Shown: in pieces, positions 41,033 through 55,320 of the stretch | How the letters are laid out: each line of letters starts with the position of its first letter | How positions within the stretch are numbered: position 1 is the stretch's first letter | Assembly: GCF_037042905.1 (NCBI RefSeq) | Contig: NC_087251.1 | Span: 13,704,001 to 13,768,000, forward strand | Direction of reading: 5' to 3' | DNA length: 64,000 nucleotides | Source: Lytechinus pictus | Taxonomy: Eukaryota | Made by a program: the position numbers and the translations under genes | The notes under the pieces: generated by a model | Databases searched by the model: none | Seen by the model: the letters and a program-made list of their open reading frames with translations, nothing else | Told to the model about the DNA's origin: nothing

Positions 41033-42629
41033 TATTAAATTAGAAAAGCAAGTAAGCAACATCTCCAAAAATAGTTTTTTTTCAGATCTAGACAGGATTC
41101 TGAACTACAAATTTGTGAAAGTTAATCTCTCCTCATGAGAGATAACTCATGCACCTAGTTTTGGGGATCATAGTGCTTTTTTATAACACATCGAGCTGGT
41201 GTGAATTCACCATGCTCTAAAAATCTCCCAAGGGGTACAATTAGAAGTCATAAATCTGACAATATTTATCCCTCAGCTTCTCCATCCAGATACCATATAC
41301 TCACAGAAGAGGTCAAGTTTTAATGGCAGAATTGTATGTTGAAAATTATTTATTGTTTGCTCTATTGGCCAGAGTAGGTGAAAAAATAGGGGGGATAAGT
41401 TACACCCCTGTGGCCAATAAATTTTGAAAATTTGATACCCCCTAGTGCTTGCAGGTCAGTTTATGTAGTACTTACCATAGTAAAGCTCCAATTTGAATGA
41501 TACTCATAACATGAGGCGCAATTTATTTGATGTATGTGTATTCAGTGATATTTTCTGAAACCATTATTCTCATAAATGTTGGCATATCCTGGTAAAAACC
41601 TTATATAATCAACTACAAAATATATATTTTCATAAATCTTAAGATTTTAACAGGTCAATAAAGGACAAATAAAAAAAACTGTAAATCACAAACTCTTGGG
41701 CTATTGACCAATTATTGGCTATATTATTGTATATTATTTTATTTTATATTATATTATATATTACATTGTATATAAAGACAATTCACATTTTCCTTAATGG
41801 TCAAAACTGAAGAGCCAATAAAGCAATTCAGGAATATGGATACTTTGTATTAATTAAATTGGACATGTTTAGATATGGAAATCCTAAAATTACAAATCCT
41901 ACAATTATTTCCTTTTCAATAATGACTCACTGAACAAAAGCATATAAAAACCATCTCAATTGAATATCCTTTCCCTATACATTTTCAAGAAATGCCATGC
42001 TACAACATGTAGGCCTAAATATATAAACAGAATTCAATCTTTTCAGCAAAATCAAGCGTGATAACTATTTGAAATAAGGTCATCTTGTTGTGATAACTTG
42101 ACCCTTGGACCCTGACATCAAAATTCTAATGGATTTACCAGATATATGACAAGGTTTGCATTGAGTTATTCATGCAAGGACATAAATTATGTACAGTATT
42201 TCACATTGATACGAATTTGTCCTCCAAGGAAGTCCCAAACTTCCCTATGAATTTGTATTTTTTTCCCAATAAATTTTTCAAACTAGCTGGAGTGCTCCAC
42301 ATGTTCACTGTAGGCCTAACAAGGACATGTACAAATGTTCAAAGAATATAGAAAGTATTTGCTGGTATATTTCAATGTGGTTAAAATAATAAAAACTTTG
42401 AAGGGAAAATCTTCTATATTCCTGGCATTTTTTAAAGTTCCTTGAAGGCTGACCTTGTAGGACCTACCTTAATTTCAAATTTTAAGAAGCAAGACCAAAT
42501 TCTACATGTATGTACAATATACCATGGGCCCAGAGCAGTAGGTCCATGAGTAACCTGCATGTACATGTACATGTCACTGAGTATTATAAAAGAGCCAAAT
42601 TTCTCTGAAACATTATTCAACAATTCAAA

Positions 42630-43071
42630 GGCCCGAATTCACAAAGGTGGTTTTGAAAAAAAATGAAAACCCACGGTTGAATCCATGGTTTATGCAGATT
42701 TCCTGTATAAATTACGCCTACTTTACCGCGTATCGGTCACGTGTATAAAAAATTCCAATGCTGATTCGCGCTTTTTATCACAGTGCGCCAAATTGACGCC
42801 TGTTACCATGGTTATACACACTATTTTATTCATGAGTCCACTGTTTGAAGAGTGGACTCATTAATTAAAAAAAGTGGACTCGTCACTCATTAATACAATA
42901 GCGTGGATAACCACGGCAACAGGCGTCAATTTGGCACACTGTGACAAAAGCGTGCATCAGCATTGGACATTTTTAATATACGCAGTAAAATAAGTGTAAT
43001 TTATACAGGAAATCTGCATAAACCATGGACTCAACCGTGGGTTTTCCAAACCACCTTTGTGAATTCGGGCC
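42630..43071. mobile_element. Palindromic (foldback) MITE with GGCCC termini
   Basis: GGCCCGAATTCACAAAGGTGGTTT...AAACCACCTTTGTGAATTCGGGCC, ~200-bp imperfect arms. TSD not clear. Confidence 0.82.
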
Positions 43072-46000
43072 ATAGAGTGTGTTCAATTACATTTGCACAA
43101 GATACCGGTAATTGGCACATCTTACTTTAAAACTGACAAGCTCGTTTGAACTTCACATCCTGATATTTACCCTTGTCTATCATCAGATGACCCTTTACTC
43201 CTGACGAGGTCAATGCCCTCTAGCTGCCAAACACTGTACAGTAGCAACTACCTGTACAGACTTTTACTTGATGTTTCCAGGTAAAGTTTATGCCTTTCTA
43301 GCATTTCAGATAGTGAAAACACAGACTGCTGCCAATCAAAACTACTGCAATAATCAGTAGAAGATTTCTTATGATTTGTTGAATCTCATGATCATACTAA
43401 AAGCGAAATCTAAGCGATCAGACTACCACTCAAAGGTATTGTAGGTCTACATGTACATGTACACTGTAATACCGTGTTGACACACTACAGTACACCAGCT
43501 CGCGGATCAGACTCGGTTTACGGGACAAAAACGCAGATCTGCCAATTGCTTGGGCAGACTCGACTTTGTGTTTACACAGAGAAAAATTGCAATGTCTGCC
43601 CCAGCTTGTGAGTCTGATCCTACTATTTTGGCGGTGCAAAAAAGGAGAGTCAGCTCCGGCTCGCGGAGCAAGGTGATCGCATTTAAAGGTGAGTCAGACT
43701 CGCCTCGAGGGTTAGATCCGGGAGCCTGGGTAGCTAGTAGGTCCATGGTAGCATGTAAATGTGGTATTTGGCACCATGCATATAAGGTCCATGATGACAC
43801 CATACCCTCTGGCTAAGCTTCCTACCCAGGTGATGTTATTACTGCACAAACAAAATGGCTCTCTATTTCACTTCGGCCCTTTCTAAGAAACACTTTGACC
43901 ACTGTATAGGCCTACGAGTACTACATATCGGTACATGAATTGGCAAATGTTGGCATATGGCATATTCAACCATTATTTCGACAAATGGTTTCTTTTGCAC
44001 AATGTAAATGATCACTAGGCCTATATGCTCTATTCTTCATGCATACGTTTTAGCCCAACATACAGTCATACCATAAATCAGTTTATGAATACAAATTGAT
44101 TATTGATTATGAAAAAGGTGACCCATAAATGAATGCTATTTTTACCACCCCACTGAATCGATAATTCCTGCAAAGAAATGATCGCCTTTAGCTGCATATA
44201 ATCTATAGGTCCTACATGGCATGCACTGCTATCAACAAGAATTTTTGGACAATTGTTCATGAAGGCCTGCGTGATTTCAGACTAGGTGTAGGCCAGCATT
44301 AGCTTCATGGATTTCTTCTAAGTTTGAATTTAAGGCTCCAAGTATTAAAAAAAAATGGTAAAAATATACAAATAAGAATATTTTTTTCTAGTTACAACTT
44401 CAAAAGCTACAGAAAGTCTTACCATTCAGCACTTGTGCCAAAATACCATTTCAAGTATCTTTTAAAGGGTTTTCTATATATACAAGAATGCCCTTACCTA
44501 CTATGGCCTATAGTTTCATTGAGACTTGGCTGCGTTTGTGAGTTTAACTGCAAATTTTGGAGCAAAACAAATATATCACCTTGACAGAAACAAAAAGGTC
44601 CAATGAAATGGATAAATGCTGGTTTAGAAACCAACGAAATGAAGAAAATAAAAATGATAAAGAGGGAGCATCCTTGTCAAAATGATCTTGTACATTGCAC
44701 TGTACAGGTGGGAAATGAGGTCACTGGGTCACAGGTTCACATGCTACCTTATTAGCAGGCTGACCCTCCCAATCCCTAAAGGTTACCTGAGGTCATCAAT
44801 CAAGTGTCTGTAGACAGAGGGTGTATTGTTTCTGTTTGGGTGTGTGGTCACACTGCACTTACACTTGTTATTCCAAGGTTTCTTCTAGGGGTTGTAGAAC
44901 TGGAAAGAGGGAATGGGGGGGGGGGGGCAGTGGAAGGGGGGGGGGAGGATGAGGAAAGGGGGAATGGACGAAAGACAAATAGAAGGTCTTGCCAGCAGGC
45001 ATACAGAGAGCAATCTCAGCAAAAAGCAGAGTTGCTTAAAAAGAGGAGAAAGATAGGCCTAATTACATGTAAAAGAACATGAGAGAGAAAGAGAGTCAAT
45101 GGAGAAAGAAGGGGACAGGGCCGGGTGAGTGTGTGTGAGGGGAATGGTTCTTCCCAAATAGTAAGCCTAGGCCATAAATTATTCAGAAAGATTCAACAAC
45201 CAAAATATATTCCATTGGCTATCTCCATGGATCAACCTCAGTTCAACTGAATATTTACAGAATGGAAACTAACATTAGAATTGAAATGAAGGCAGACAGG
45301 AGGGAGAATTTGCAAAACTGAAAAGGAAGCTTTGTTCAAACACAATAATTTTGAAATACCGTGAAAAATACTGACTTTTCAGTTTTCGACATCTTCTTTA
45401 GTTTGACAAGTATACATGTAGGGTAAACTTCTTATTCATCAAATAAATCTGAACCACCATCTCATTGAAGTATTCTGAAAACATGCACTTCAATGTCCTT
45501 TGCAGATACACCCTGGACACAAAAAGCATGGGACTACATGTACATACATGTAACATGTGACTATCAAAATGCTTGGGCTCAATAACATGAATTACTTTTG
45601 AAAGTGGCATAAATTCAATATTTTCAGCACTTTTTTCCTCATACAAAGCATAAGCCTGTGCTTATTATATTGTCAGCATTCTTCGTTCCAAAAGTAGGAC
45701 AGAGGCCTATTGTATGCACTGTACACATATTGCTATAGATGTACACATGAATACTGTATGGAGATACATTCAGAGATCTACAATGTATGTATCCCCCCTG
45801 TCTACAATTTTCTTGTCTGTTTAACCCTGGGGATATATAAGGGTGGGGCCAATCCTAAAATTTTTAGATCACCCCCTGCTAGACTCTGTAAAATAAGAAT
45901 ACCCTATGTTTACAGTCAAAATATTACATCCCCAAGTAATCTCTTATAGAAGATTTATACAAATCCAAACCAGATGTGAATCCAATTTGTATAATGCTGC

Positions 46001-49000
46001 ACTGGAGCTCACAAATATTGAAATAAGTTTTGTGAGTGCAATAATATGTACATGTATATGTACATCACACCTTTTATTCTGAGAAAACCAAACCAAAGCC
46101 AAGTATCAATACTAATAATTACATTTCTACAGTGCTTTTATAGACTACTTGTACATAGCCTACATAAGTTGTTCCATATCAATATTTTAAACAGACACCA
46201 CAAATTATATCCTTACTGATATTATCTTTAATATTTTTTAAAGCAAACTTTTAGATGTTTTGGGAGATTACATTTATCCCCAACACTGAAGCTAAATGAC
46301 TAAACTCAGAGGTAATATTGGGAGGATTAAGCATGCATAATCTTCACAGAATTTCCAAACAATTTATTTCATATCTTTCCTTCCCTGACCATGCACACTT
46401 GTTTTCAGAATAAATGTAGGCATTCTACATTATGCAAGAGCACCACAGAGAATTTTTATCTTCCAATTCTAAATTTCTCTCCTTTTGTAAACAGGATACA
46501 AAAGCATGTTTGTGAATCAAACAATTAGGCCTACAGCGTGTATCTGTCGATCATTGTGTTACTAACAATACTACCATAAAGTCACATTAATCGGGATTCA
46601 GGGTTTATCAAATTAGTGTCTGTCCATGTTCTTTTTTTAATAGGCTACTAATCTATGCATCCTCATTATACATGTAGGAAGTCATCCAATTCCTCAATTC
46701 ATTTTTTCAGAACACTCATCAAGACATGTTCATGGAGAGCCCAAATAATAGGCCTGTCGGGTTAAGGTTGTGAAATAAGTATGTTTTTTTATTTTTAAAA
46801 ATGTCATGTCATAAACTTATTTCCCACTTCCTACATGTATGTTGTATATCAATACAAAATCAGGAGATATATCGAATATCACAATATTATTCAGGCTTTG
46901 CTTTCCATTGCGCTATACGTTCCATAGACTAAGCAATTACAAAACGCTATAAAGAAATGGTGTGCTCAATGTCCCCCATTCCTTGTCGTAAAAGTAAACA
47001 TCTTTAGATCGCGATAGGGAGGAAAATTGAAACGCTGGAAAAGATGTTTGGAAACGCGTTCAGCTTAGATTTTATGATCTTCAGCATCACGAATGCGACA
47101 CTGCACACGATTGAGTTTTGAAACATCTTTAAGTTTGCTCTTGCAGTGGAAGCCTTAACAAGCACGTACCAGAATTGACCTTTCTTGTGATGGGTCAAAC
47201 TGCGCAGTAGGCTGTGCTAGCTAAGGAAAGCGGTAAATCTAAAGACGATCGACATAATTGTACAATCTGCTCTATCGACACCGAACGGATGCACTGCTGA
47301 TCATGTCTGTGTTCTGTTCTGTGTTTTGTAATTGCATTTTCAATCATGATTCATGCGGTTGTTTAAATTTTAAAATCGACATTGTACATATGATATGGTT
47401 CTGTTAACTTGGTTCTTACTTATGTCTTTTATGATTCCAATTTTTCAGTAGTCTTCAGAAAGAGTGACCAACAAAATCCTCATCCATGTTCTAACTGATG
47501 TGCAGTTAGAATTTGGTGTGATCATAAATAATGTCGGCCTACACAAGTCAATAGGGCATGCAGTACAAACAAAATCAATCTCACATGTACATGTGTAATT
47601 CTGAAAGGTCAAATCAAATAGCTGTGGGGTTTGATAACCAGATATATCATGTATATTGTAACACTAACAGTTTCTAGCTTCACTCACCTTTACCCTGTAT
47701 CTTTAGTCTTACTCCAGTAATATAATCCTGAGTTATGACAGATAGAATCCTATTTCCTGTCAATGACAGTTACAGCACTTTCACTCTTCTCCGGGCTCCA
47801 AGGAATTGTTAATGATCAAAATTATTTTGTACACAAACTCGTTGAGTCAATGCTATTCAGCTTTACATGAGTGAGGCAAAAATCTCCAGAGTCCAGGTTA
47901 GCTCAAAATCTATATTCACAGAGGTATTTTCATCTGAGAGTCAATACGGGAGTATGGGCTAAATTATAGCAGTGCTCGAAGTACATGTACGCAAACAGCT
48001 AGTATGTCTTTGAGCTGAATTGGGTATACATGTAATGAATGCTCCACGGCTGACAGACTAACCAGCTACAGCTCAAAGGCATGTAAATAGGGAATAGGCG
48101 TTCACCCTGCCTGTGTCCACTTCTGCATGCAATTTACATTCACCAAGCAGTACTTGTAACCACACTCAAATGGTGATGGCACCAAGTAGAGTGGGCTGTG
48201 CAGAGAGGGGGACTGTGAGCATTGCACTTTGATTGCACGACTCAGTGCACGCATCAGCACTGGCAGACAGCGCACAATCCAATCAGGGTTTTTTTTTCTG
48301 GGTATTCATAGCATGGATCGGAGAGTGGGCCCTCAATTGAGTGCGGATGAATAGGGAGGGATATGATAGAAGGATTCTCTGACTCATTGTTACAATACAA
48401 TTAGATGGTAACACTTCCCCTATTAATGGTGGGCTGGGCCACTGATTGGCCAGAGGGATAAACATGGGTAGAGATAAGGGGGAGAAGATGGGTCGAGCTT
48501 AGGCTTCCTCAGAAGGTGGATTGCATTGATTCAAATGGAATGGGATTATAGCCTTCAATGTATAATCCCATTCCCAGGTATTCAAACTGGTAGCCAAGGA
48601 CAAACTTTCAAAGGATATCAAAATAGATCACAAAAGGGACATACAATGCCTTGAAAGTACCTTCAATCAGAACTGCTCAATAATGTTTAGATCCTTTTCA
48701 GAAGTAATTCAAATAAATGAACTTCAAAGAAAGATCAAAATTAGTCACAACTTATGGGTGAATTAGGTAGGATCATCATGCTAGGTTCTAGTTCTGTATT
48801 GGAGGAGAGATTTAATACAATGAATTTGATTTGCTCTACAATATATTTATATTAAACTTTGTTAATAGAATATTTTGATCAGTGTCTAAAAATGAATTGG
48901 TCAGTGTTGTCAAAGTTAATTTTGATGAATCAATGGGTGACTTACTATACACAAAATATGCAAGAACTTTTAGGAAGTTAACATACTTAACGGTAACCAG

Positions 49001-49167
49001 AAAAATTGTATGATTTCATGCAGTAATACTTTGATCAACTTTACGTTGTTTCTGGATGTTCACTCTCGGATAGTTGAGGGTATATTTCATAATGTATTTC
49101 ACATTTGCTTATTTCGATTTGGGAAAAAAATACATAAATCTTCCTCTACATGTATATTTTTATTTAA

Positions 49168-49751
49168 AGAACAAGTCCACCCCAACAATAAGTTGATTTG
49201 AATAAAAAGAGAAAATTCACCAAGCATAACACTGAAAATTTCATCAAAATCGGATGTAAAATAAGAAAGTTATGACATTTTAAAGTTTCGCTTAATTTCA
49301 CAAAACAGTTATATGCACATACTGGCTGGTATGCAAATGAGGAGACTATGATGTCATCCACTCACTATTTCTTTTGTATTTTATTATATGAAATATTCTA
49401 ATTTTCTCCTAATTGTCAAGTGATACAACAAGTAATTCCTCCCTGAACATGTGGAATTAGCATTGTTTAATACTATATGGTTCAATCAAGTTGGTACTTA
49501 TTGTCAAATGTATATAAAAAAAGAAATATTGTATAATTTAAACAATAAAAACAAAAGAAATAGTGAGTGATGGACATCATCGACTGAGTCACCTAGTTGT
49601 GCATACAACTGTTTTGTGAAAAATAAGCGAAACTTTAAAATGTCACAACTTTCTTATTTTACATCCGATTTTGATGAAATTTTCATCACTATGCTAGTTT
49701 GATTTTTCTCTATTTATTCAAGTCAGCACTTTCCTGGGGTGGACTTGACCT
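49168..49751. mobile_element. Kolobok-like MITE family E, copy 2 (inverted)
   Basis: Ends AGAACAAGTCCACCCCA...GGGGTGGACTTGACCT, TTAA/TTAA TSD. Confidence 0.85.
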
Positions 49752-51639
49752 TTAAAAGTGTGGGGATATGCTCTCTTTTGTATAGTTGCATTACTCTAGT
49801 ATATATATGTGCAAACAATTTGTGTAATTTTTTTAGGACATATAAAAAAAATGAAAAAAAATAATTTGGTCAAAAGGACATAATGTTGTATAATCATTTA
49901 GAAATAAATTGTTCCTTGAAAAATAAATTTACATTGCCTTGACAACAAGAAAAAGGGGTAAAAAACTGACCTTAAAAAAAATGATATGCATTATAATTTG
50001 ATATGAATGCATACACATGCATGTCTTCTGCTCTATTTATTGAACAACTTTTGTAACGAGCGTTCAACCTACATGTAGAGTGTCAACTTTATCACCATTC
50101 ATTGCAGGAAAAGCCACAAATTTATATAAAATTCTTATTGAATTTTGTGGACTGTGGTATACAAAATGAAGACATGCAGGTATTCAGAGAATTCCATACA
50201 CTGTACTTTGTTCCCCGGCCCAAAGTATATTGCCCTCTACTATGAACTTTATAATTATGTTTCAACAAATATGACAGAGCAAAATATCAATAGAGTTTTG
50301 TAGTCAGCCAATCGAAACCCAAAGTATTTAATGAATTTTAATTATTCTTGTGTAAGACTTACAATTGGTAGTAGATCTACAGGCTACTTGGATGGAAATT
50401 ATGATTTGATTTAGTTCAGGATTGATGTATTTGGCAAGTTAATACATGTACAATCAGTGCTAACATTCATAAAATATTTACCATAATATGAATTGGCAAA
50501 TTAAATTCAAACATCTTGAAATACAGTTTAAAAACTTTTCTGTAAAATATTAACTTCATTTTCCACCCAGGCGTGGAGCTGAATGAGTGAGAACAAAATA
50601 TAGAGGGCGTATGACCACTTCCAATCTGTTTTATTATGATAGACTCTCTTTTTACTGTATTCATTCTTCAGAGTAGTAGGTCCATGCTCTTACAAACTAA
50701 ATTGAATCTGGTAAATCTGGTCAAGAATGAATTTATATTGTTATAAACAGTTTCAAGTGAATTCAAATTTCTCTAATTTCAAAGAGGTATGGCAACTGAA
50801 AGCTTATCAGCAAATGTAGGAACCTTTAAATGTGGGCCATTGTTATCAGATGAATTGTTAGGTTTAAAATACAGAACACAAAATAGATAAAACATATTTT
50901 TCTTCAGTAAATGGAATCAACTCCATTCCAAAATAGGAACAACAAAAGTTTTTTTTCAATAACATGAAGAGGAATAAAGATATGTAAAGTTATAAATGAC
51001 AAAGGATTTTCAAAATTATCATGTAAAAAGAGGGAAGTGTGGGGGATCGCAAAAGTGTCAAAGCGTCTCACAAGAACAATCCATTGGAAAACCATATACA
51101 CAAAAGAAACATCAAAGCAATGGACACCTTCTGGAAGGCATGCTAAGAAAAGCAAACAAGATTTTCTTTGACCTTGGCACACAAAAGTATTAATTACAAA
51201 TGTGCAAACTTTCCCTCACTTTACTGCAAGTAGTAGAGCATAACACAACATCGTTTGAAAGGTAGAAAAAAATGAAACAATCATATTGACCTCATTACAA
51301 CTACTCACAATGAATTTGAAAATTGAATTCAATCAAAAGAGTGGGAGAGGGGATTTATAACTGTGTACAATGTGTAGAATTGATCAACTTGTTGAACAAA
51401 TAAGTTGTTAGCTCGATATAATAAATCTTCTCAGTACTGTACAAGACTCCACTGGCAAAGATCGAACTTGTAACTATCCCTTTCCTTAATTCTATCAAAA
51501 TCGTATTTCCACTGACCCAAAACAAAAACAAATATTTACAAAAAGTTTTCAAAATACCTGTTTAAATTCAGCTGTTTGGAAAATTTAATGCAGTTTAATA
51601 ATCAAGTAAAAATTTATGGAATGGAGCAGAAGACACAAA

Positions 51640-52117
51640 AGGTGGTTTCAGACCGCCTCGAAGTTCGCCAGTTCCAGGTATTCTCTGATCGGGAAATTTA
51701 CCCCGATCAGAAAATACCAGGTATTTTGGCGGTGTGAAAGCAAACTACGCGTAATATCCCCGAAAGAAAATACCCGATAAATAGTAGGTACTTGGCGAAA
51801 TTACGAGAACTTTCGCGGGGATTTTTCCAAGGTCGTGGGTATTTTGGCGGTCTGAAAGCAAATTACGGGAACTTTTAGCCCAGCGTGTCGTTGGGTGCGG
51901 CGCCGTGCATGGGTTGCTGCTGGGCTAGTGATTTTGAATTTCGCGCCTTGCTGCTTATCAGACCATACTGCGCATGCTCGTAACTTCAGGAACTTATCCC
52001 GAAGGGTATGTTTCAGGGCGGTGTGAATGCAGGAATAATTAATGGGTATTTTTCAGCCTAAAAAAGTTCTCGTAATTTAACGGGGATTCTTGTGATCGAG
52101 GCGGTTTGAAACCACCT
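51640..52117. mobile_element. 478-bp MITE family C, copy 2
   Basis: Same orientation as copy 1, with only one difference seen (ggtacg vs ggtatg). AAA/AAA TSD. Confidence 0.9.
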
Positions 52118-52305
52118 AAAATGACTTTAACAGTGGAGGTCATTTTATCATTTCCTTTCACTTGACAAAACAAAAACAAGACAGGTTTTGACAATGGGGA
52201 ACAAAAATGCTTTTTTAGTTAATAAGAATATTTGAAAATCATTTATAATTTTTATCAATTATTTACAAGTCAACTGTTGAAAGAAACTGCTAATTGCCCT
52301 TTTAA

Positions 52306-52717
52306 ATTGGAAGTTCACCCTGAAAAAAAGTTCATTGTAAAAATAGGAGAAAAAAATAATTTAAAAATTCTGGTGAAGGTTTGAGAAAAATCCATCAAAG
52401 ATTTTAAAAGTTATTAGAATTTTTTTTTTTTTTTCATTTGTGACGTCACATGACAGCAGCTTCATATGTCTAGTAAATTTTTTTTACATAAATGAAATGT
52501 CGTTTTCTCAAAAAAAATGAAAATGGGTTTTATTGATACCTTTTATATCAACCGACAAATTATTTCACACCCACTCCTGAAAGAAAATTTGGTGTCATCA
52601 TGAACCATCAAAAAATAAAAAAGTTCTGCATTTTACATTACATATGGCCTGGGGCAGCTGCTCATATATGACATCACAAATTAAAAACTTAAACCTTCAT
52701 CAGGGTGAACTTCCCCT
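52306..52717. mobile_element. Degenerate Kolobok-like MITE
   Basis: Inverted ends GGAAGTTCACCCTGA / TCAGGGTGAACTTCC. TTAA on the left only. Confidence 0.6.
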
Positions 52718-53779
52718 ATGTACACCTTTAATCTGTTGCTTACACATTTTCTCTGAAGAATACAAGAAACTTTTAAGTTAAGATCTGTAAGACTGATTTC
52801 ATTTATAGACGGTTAAAGAGCCCAAACAGTTCAAAGACTGATTTCCATTGGGGCAGTTTGGAACATACATGTAATCTACAGTTTAAAAACCACTGTTTAA
52901 ACAATATAAAATTAAAAAAAATGTTAACATGAACAGAAGCATAAATAAAATATTACAAAGGGATCATAGAAAAATTAGGCGGAGGGGAGGAGAGGAAGAG
53001 GAGGAAGAAGGAGGAGAAGGAAAAGAAGAAGAAATTATCATACCCCGTTCACAAAGACATCAATAATATACAAAATGAAATACGATTGCGTATCTATCAA
53101 GTATTTCAAACAAAGTGGTGCATATACAAGGTAAAAATAAATGCACTGCAGCTGCAAAGAACATAAAACATTAAAATGTCAAAGTAAATTATTGTTTCTG
53201 TAATGGACAATCGAGCATATGAAAATGAATACATGTACATGATTTATCAATGCTAAACACTGAACACATAAAAATCATTTGAAAATTTATGATTACTCAA
53301 CAATGAACATATAAAATGATAAAAACTTGATTTATACTGAAACTAACACATAAAAAATGAAACGATTGCAAACTAATAGAAGTACTGGCACTGGGAAGTA
53401 CATGTATATGTAGAGATCCTTAAAAAAAATGAAAAGAAATGAAAATGAAGAAATGAAAAAATTACCCCCAATGATGCACTTTCACTTTCAATCTGCGAAT
53501 TTCCATGAACTAACCTACTGTGACTCCCACTAAGGCCAATAATATTTCATCTTCCTCACAGTGCATCAAATCCACAATGAACCAAAATATTCAAACTTTC
53601 CTATCAAAACTGTCACTGACAGTTCAGCATGATTTTATGTCACATTGTCACCTACATGTGTAGGTTGAGAGACATATGATCCAGGTTTAATTTTAGCATG
53701 AGAGACCATTAATCCAAAATATACATGTAGAGTTTCTTCATACTTTATATTATAACACTACAAAATAAAATTTCTGAAT

Positions 53780-54560
53780 GAGAAGGGGAATAGAGAGGGT
53801 ACTGATTGAGAAATATCTACATGTATGAGATGAATGGGAAAGGGGGGCACAATTAAGGCAGGGATGGTACAGGATGGTACTGAAAAAAAAAAACTTAGAG
53901 GAGTTTAGTATCCAGGGAAAATGGGAGGGGGAGAGGGATGAAAATGGTTAGAAAGGAGTAAGTAAAAAAAAGGTATAATTATAGAGGGAGGGGGTGGAAT
54001 GAAAGTAGAAGGGGAAATGAATGTAAAGATATTGGGATAATGGAACAGAGGTCTCAGGCAGGAGCAAAAAAGGAAGAAAGAAAGGAGACAGGAAACAAGT
54101 GACAAGAACAATATGGCAAGGGGAAATAAGAGGGGCATAAGATGGGAAGGATGAGGTGGGGGGGGGGGGGGCAAAGCAAATGATATGGTATGTAAGTGTC
54201 AATCCAATACAAGGGAGATAAGAATAGGAAATAGATAATAGAAAAAGAGGGAAATGTAATAAAGGAGAGAACATGAAGGTAATAGTGAGGGGGGAGGGGG
54301 GGGGCAAAATGTGAAGAAAGAAAAGAGGATGATTAATAAAGGGATCATAATAAGAGGCAGACGACAAGAAGAAAAAATGAAGAAAGAGAAAGACAACTTA
54401 GATCTATAAACTAGGCTGAGTATAAGGGAATGAGAATAGGAAAGATGAAGTGGGAAAGATGGGAAAAGGGCAGAGGATGGGAATGAGGGAAAGTTGAAGA
54501 GAGGGAAAGCAAAAGGAGGTATTCATGTGAAAAGGCACAATAATGGGGGAAAACACATGA
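53780..54560. repeat. Purine-rich (GA) low-complexity tract
   Basis: Strong G/A bias on the + strand. It produces the Pro/Phe/Ser-rich minus-strand ORFs in the track. Confidence 0.75.
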
Positions 54561-54875
54561 AGGTCTGGTTAAGGCCAAGGGAGTTCCCTGCAATTCTCCC
54601 TTAAAATATACCATACGACTATACAGTATACATAGGAGTAGGACTAGGACTACCAGTACCAAGTCCAAGCACTTTTCATGAATTCACTCATAAAATCATC
54701 TTGGTCCTGGAGTTGACCAAACTTCTACATTATTTATCAAATACTTAGGGCCTAGCCCCCCCCCCCCACCCCAACATATTCTTGAAATTAAGTTAGTTGA
54801 TAGATTGAAGTTCTTTTACGTAAAATGGACCAAAATAATTATCCCGTATAAGAATGGGCGGCGCGGCTGTCGCTG

Positions 54876-55089
54876 TAGTCCAGATTGGACCTTGTTGCTT
54901 GGAAGTGCTTTTTCCCAAAGCTAACATAGAGGGCACATGTCTCCCAATCTCTAATCAGCGCCAATCCACTCATCTTCCCTCCCCAGGGAAGATGAGTGGA
55001 TTGGCGCTGATTAGAGATTGGGAGACATGTGCCCTCTATGTTAGCTTTGGGAAAAAGCACTTCCAAACAACAAGGTCCAATCTGGACTA
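54876..55089. mobile_element. 214-bp hairpin MITE with 9-bp TSD, AcademH-like
   Basis: 105-bp arms (one mismatch seen) around a CCCC loop (54981-84). Termini TAGTCCAG...CTGGACTA. Perfect TSD CTGTCGCTG at 54867-75 and 55090-98. Confidence 0.85.
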
Positions 55090-55320
55090 CTGTCGCTGTC
55101 ACCCCGCTGACTATGAGGCGCCGAATGTACCAATATTATATAGAACAATTATTTGTTATATAATCATTATTTATTAAATAATAACTATTATTTATATATA
55201 ATTTACATTTTATTTGTAAATAACTACTATTATATAAAATATCATTTCTAATTATTTATATATAATTCCAAGTAATACTTCATTATTTGTAAATAATAAT
55301 AGTTCGACATTCCATTATTT

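Noticed and set aside
43430..43816. CpG-rich block with ORFs on both strands
   Set aside because: Probably a transposon remnant, but no TIR/TSD or protein motif could be established.
46750..47290. CpG-retaining block
   Set aside because: No defined ends, second copy or coding signal, so it cannot be classified.
53905..54668. Pro-rich minus-strand ORFs as a formin FH1 region
   Set aside because: They lie upstream of the start exon and derive from a low-complexity GA tract.
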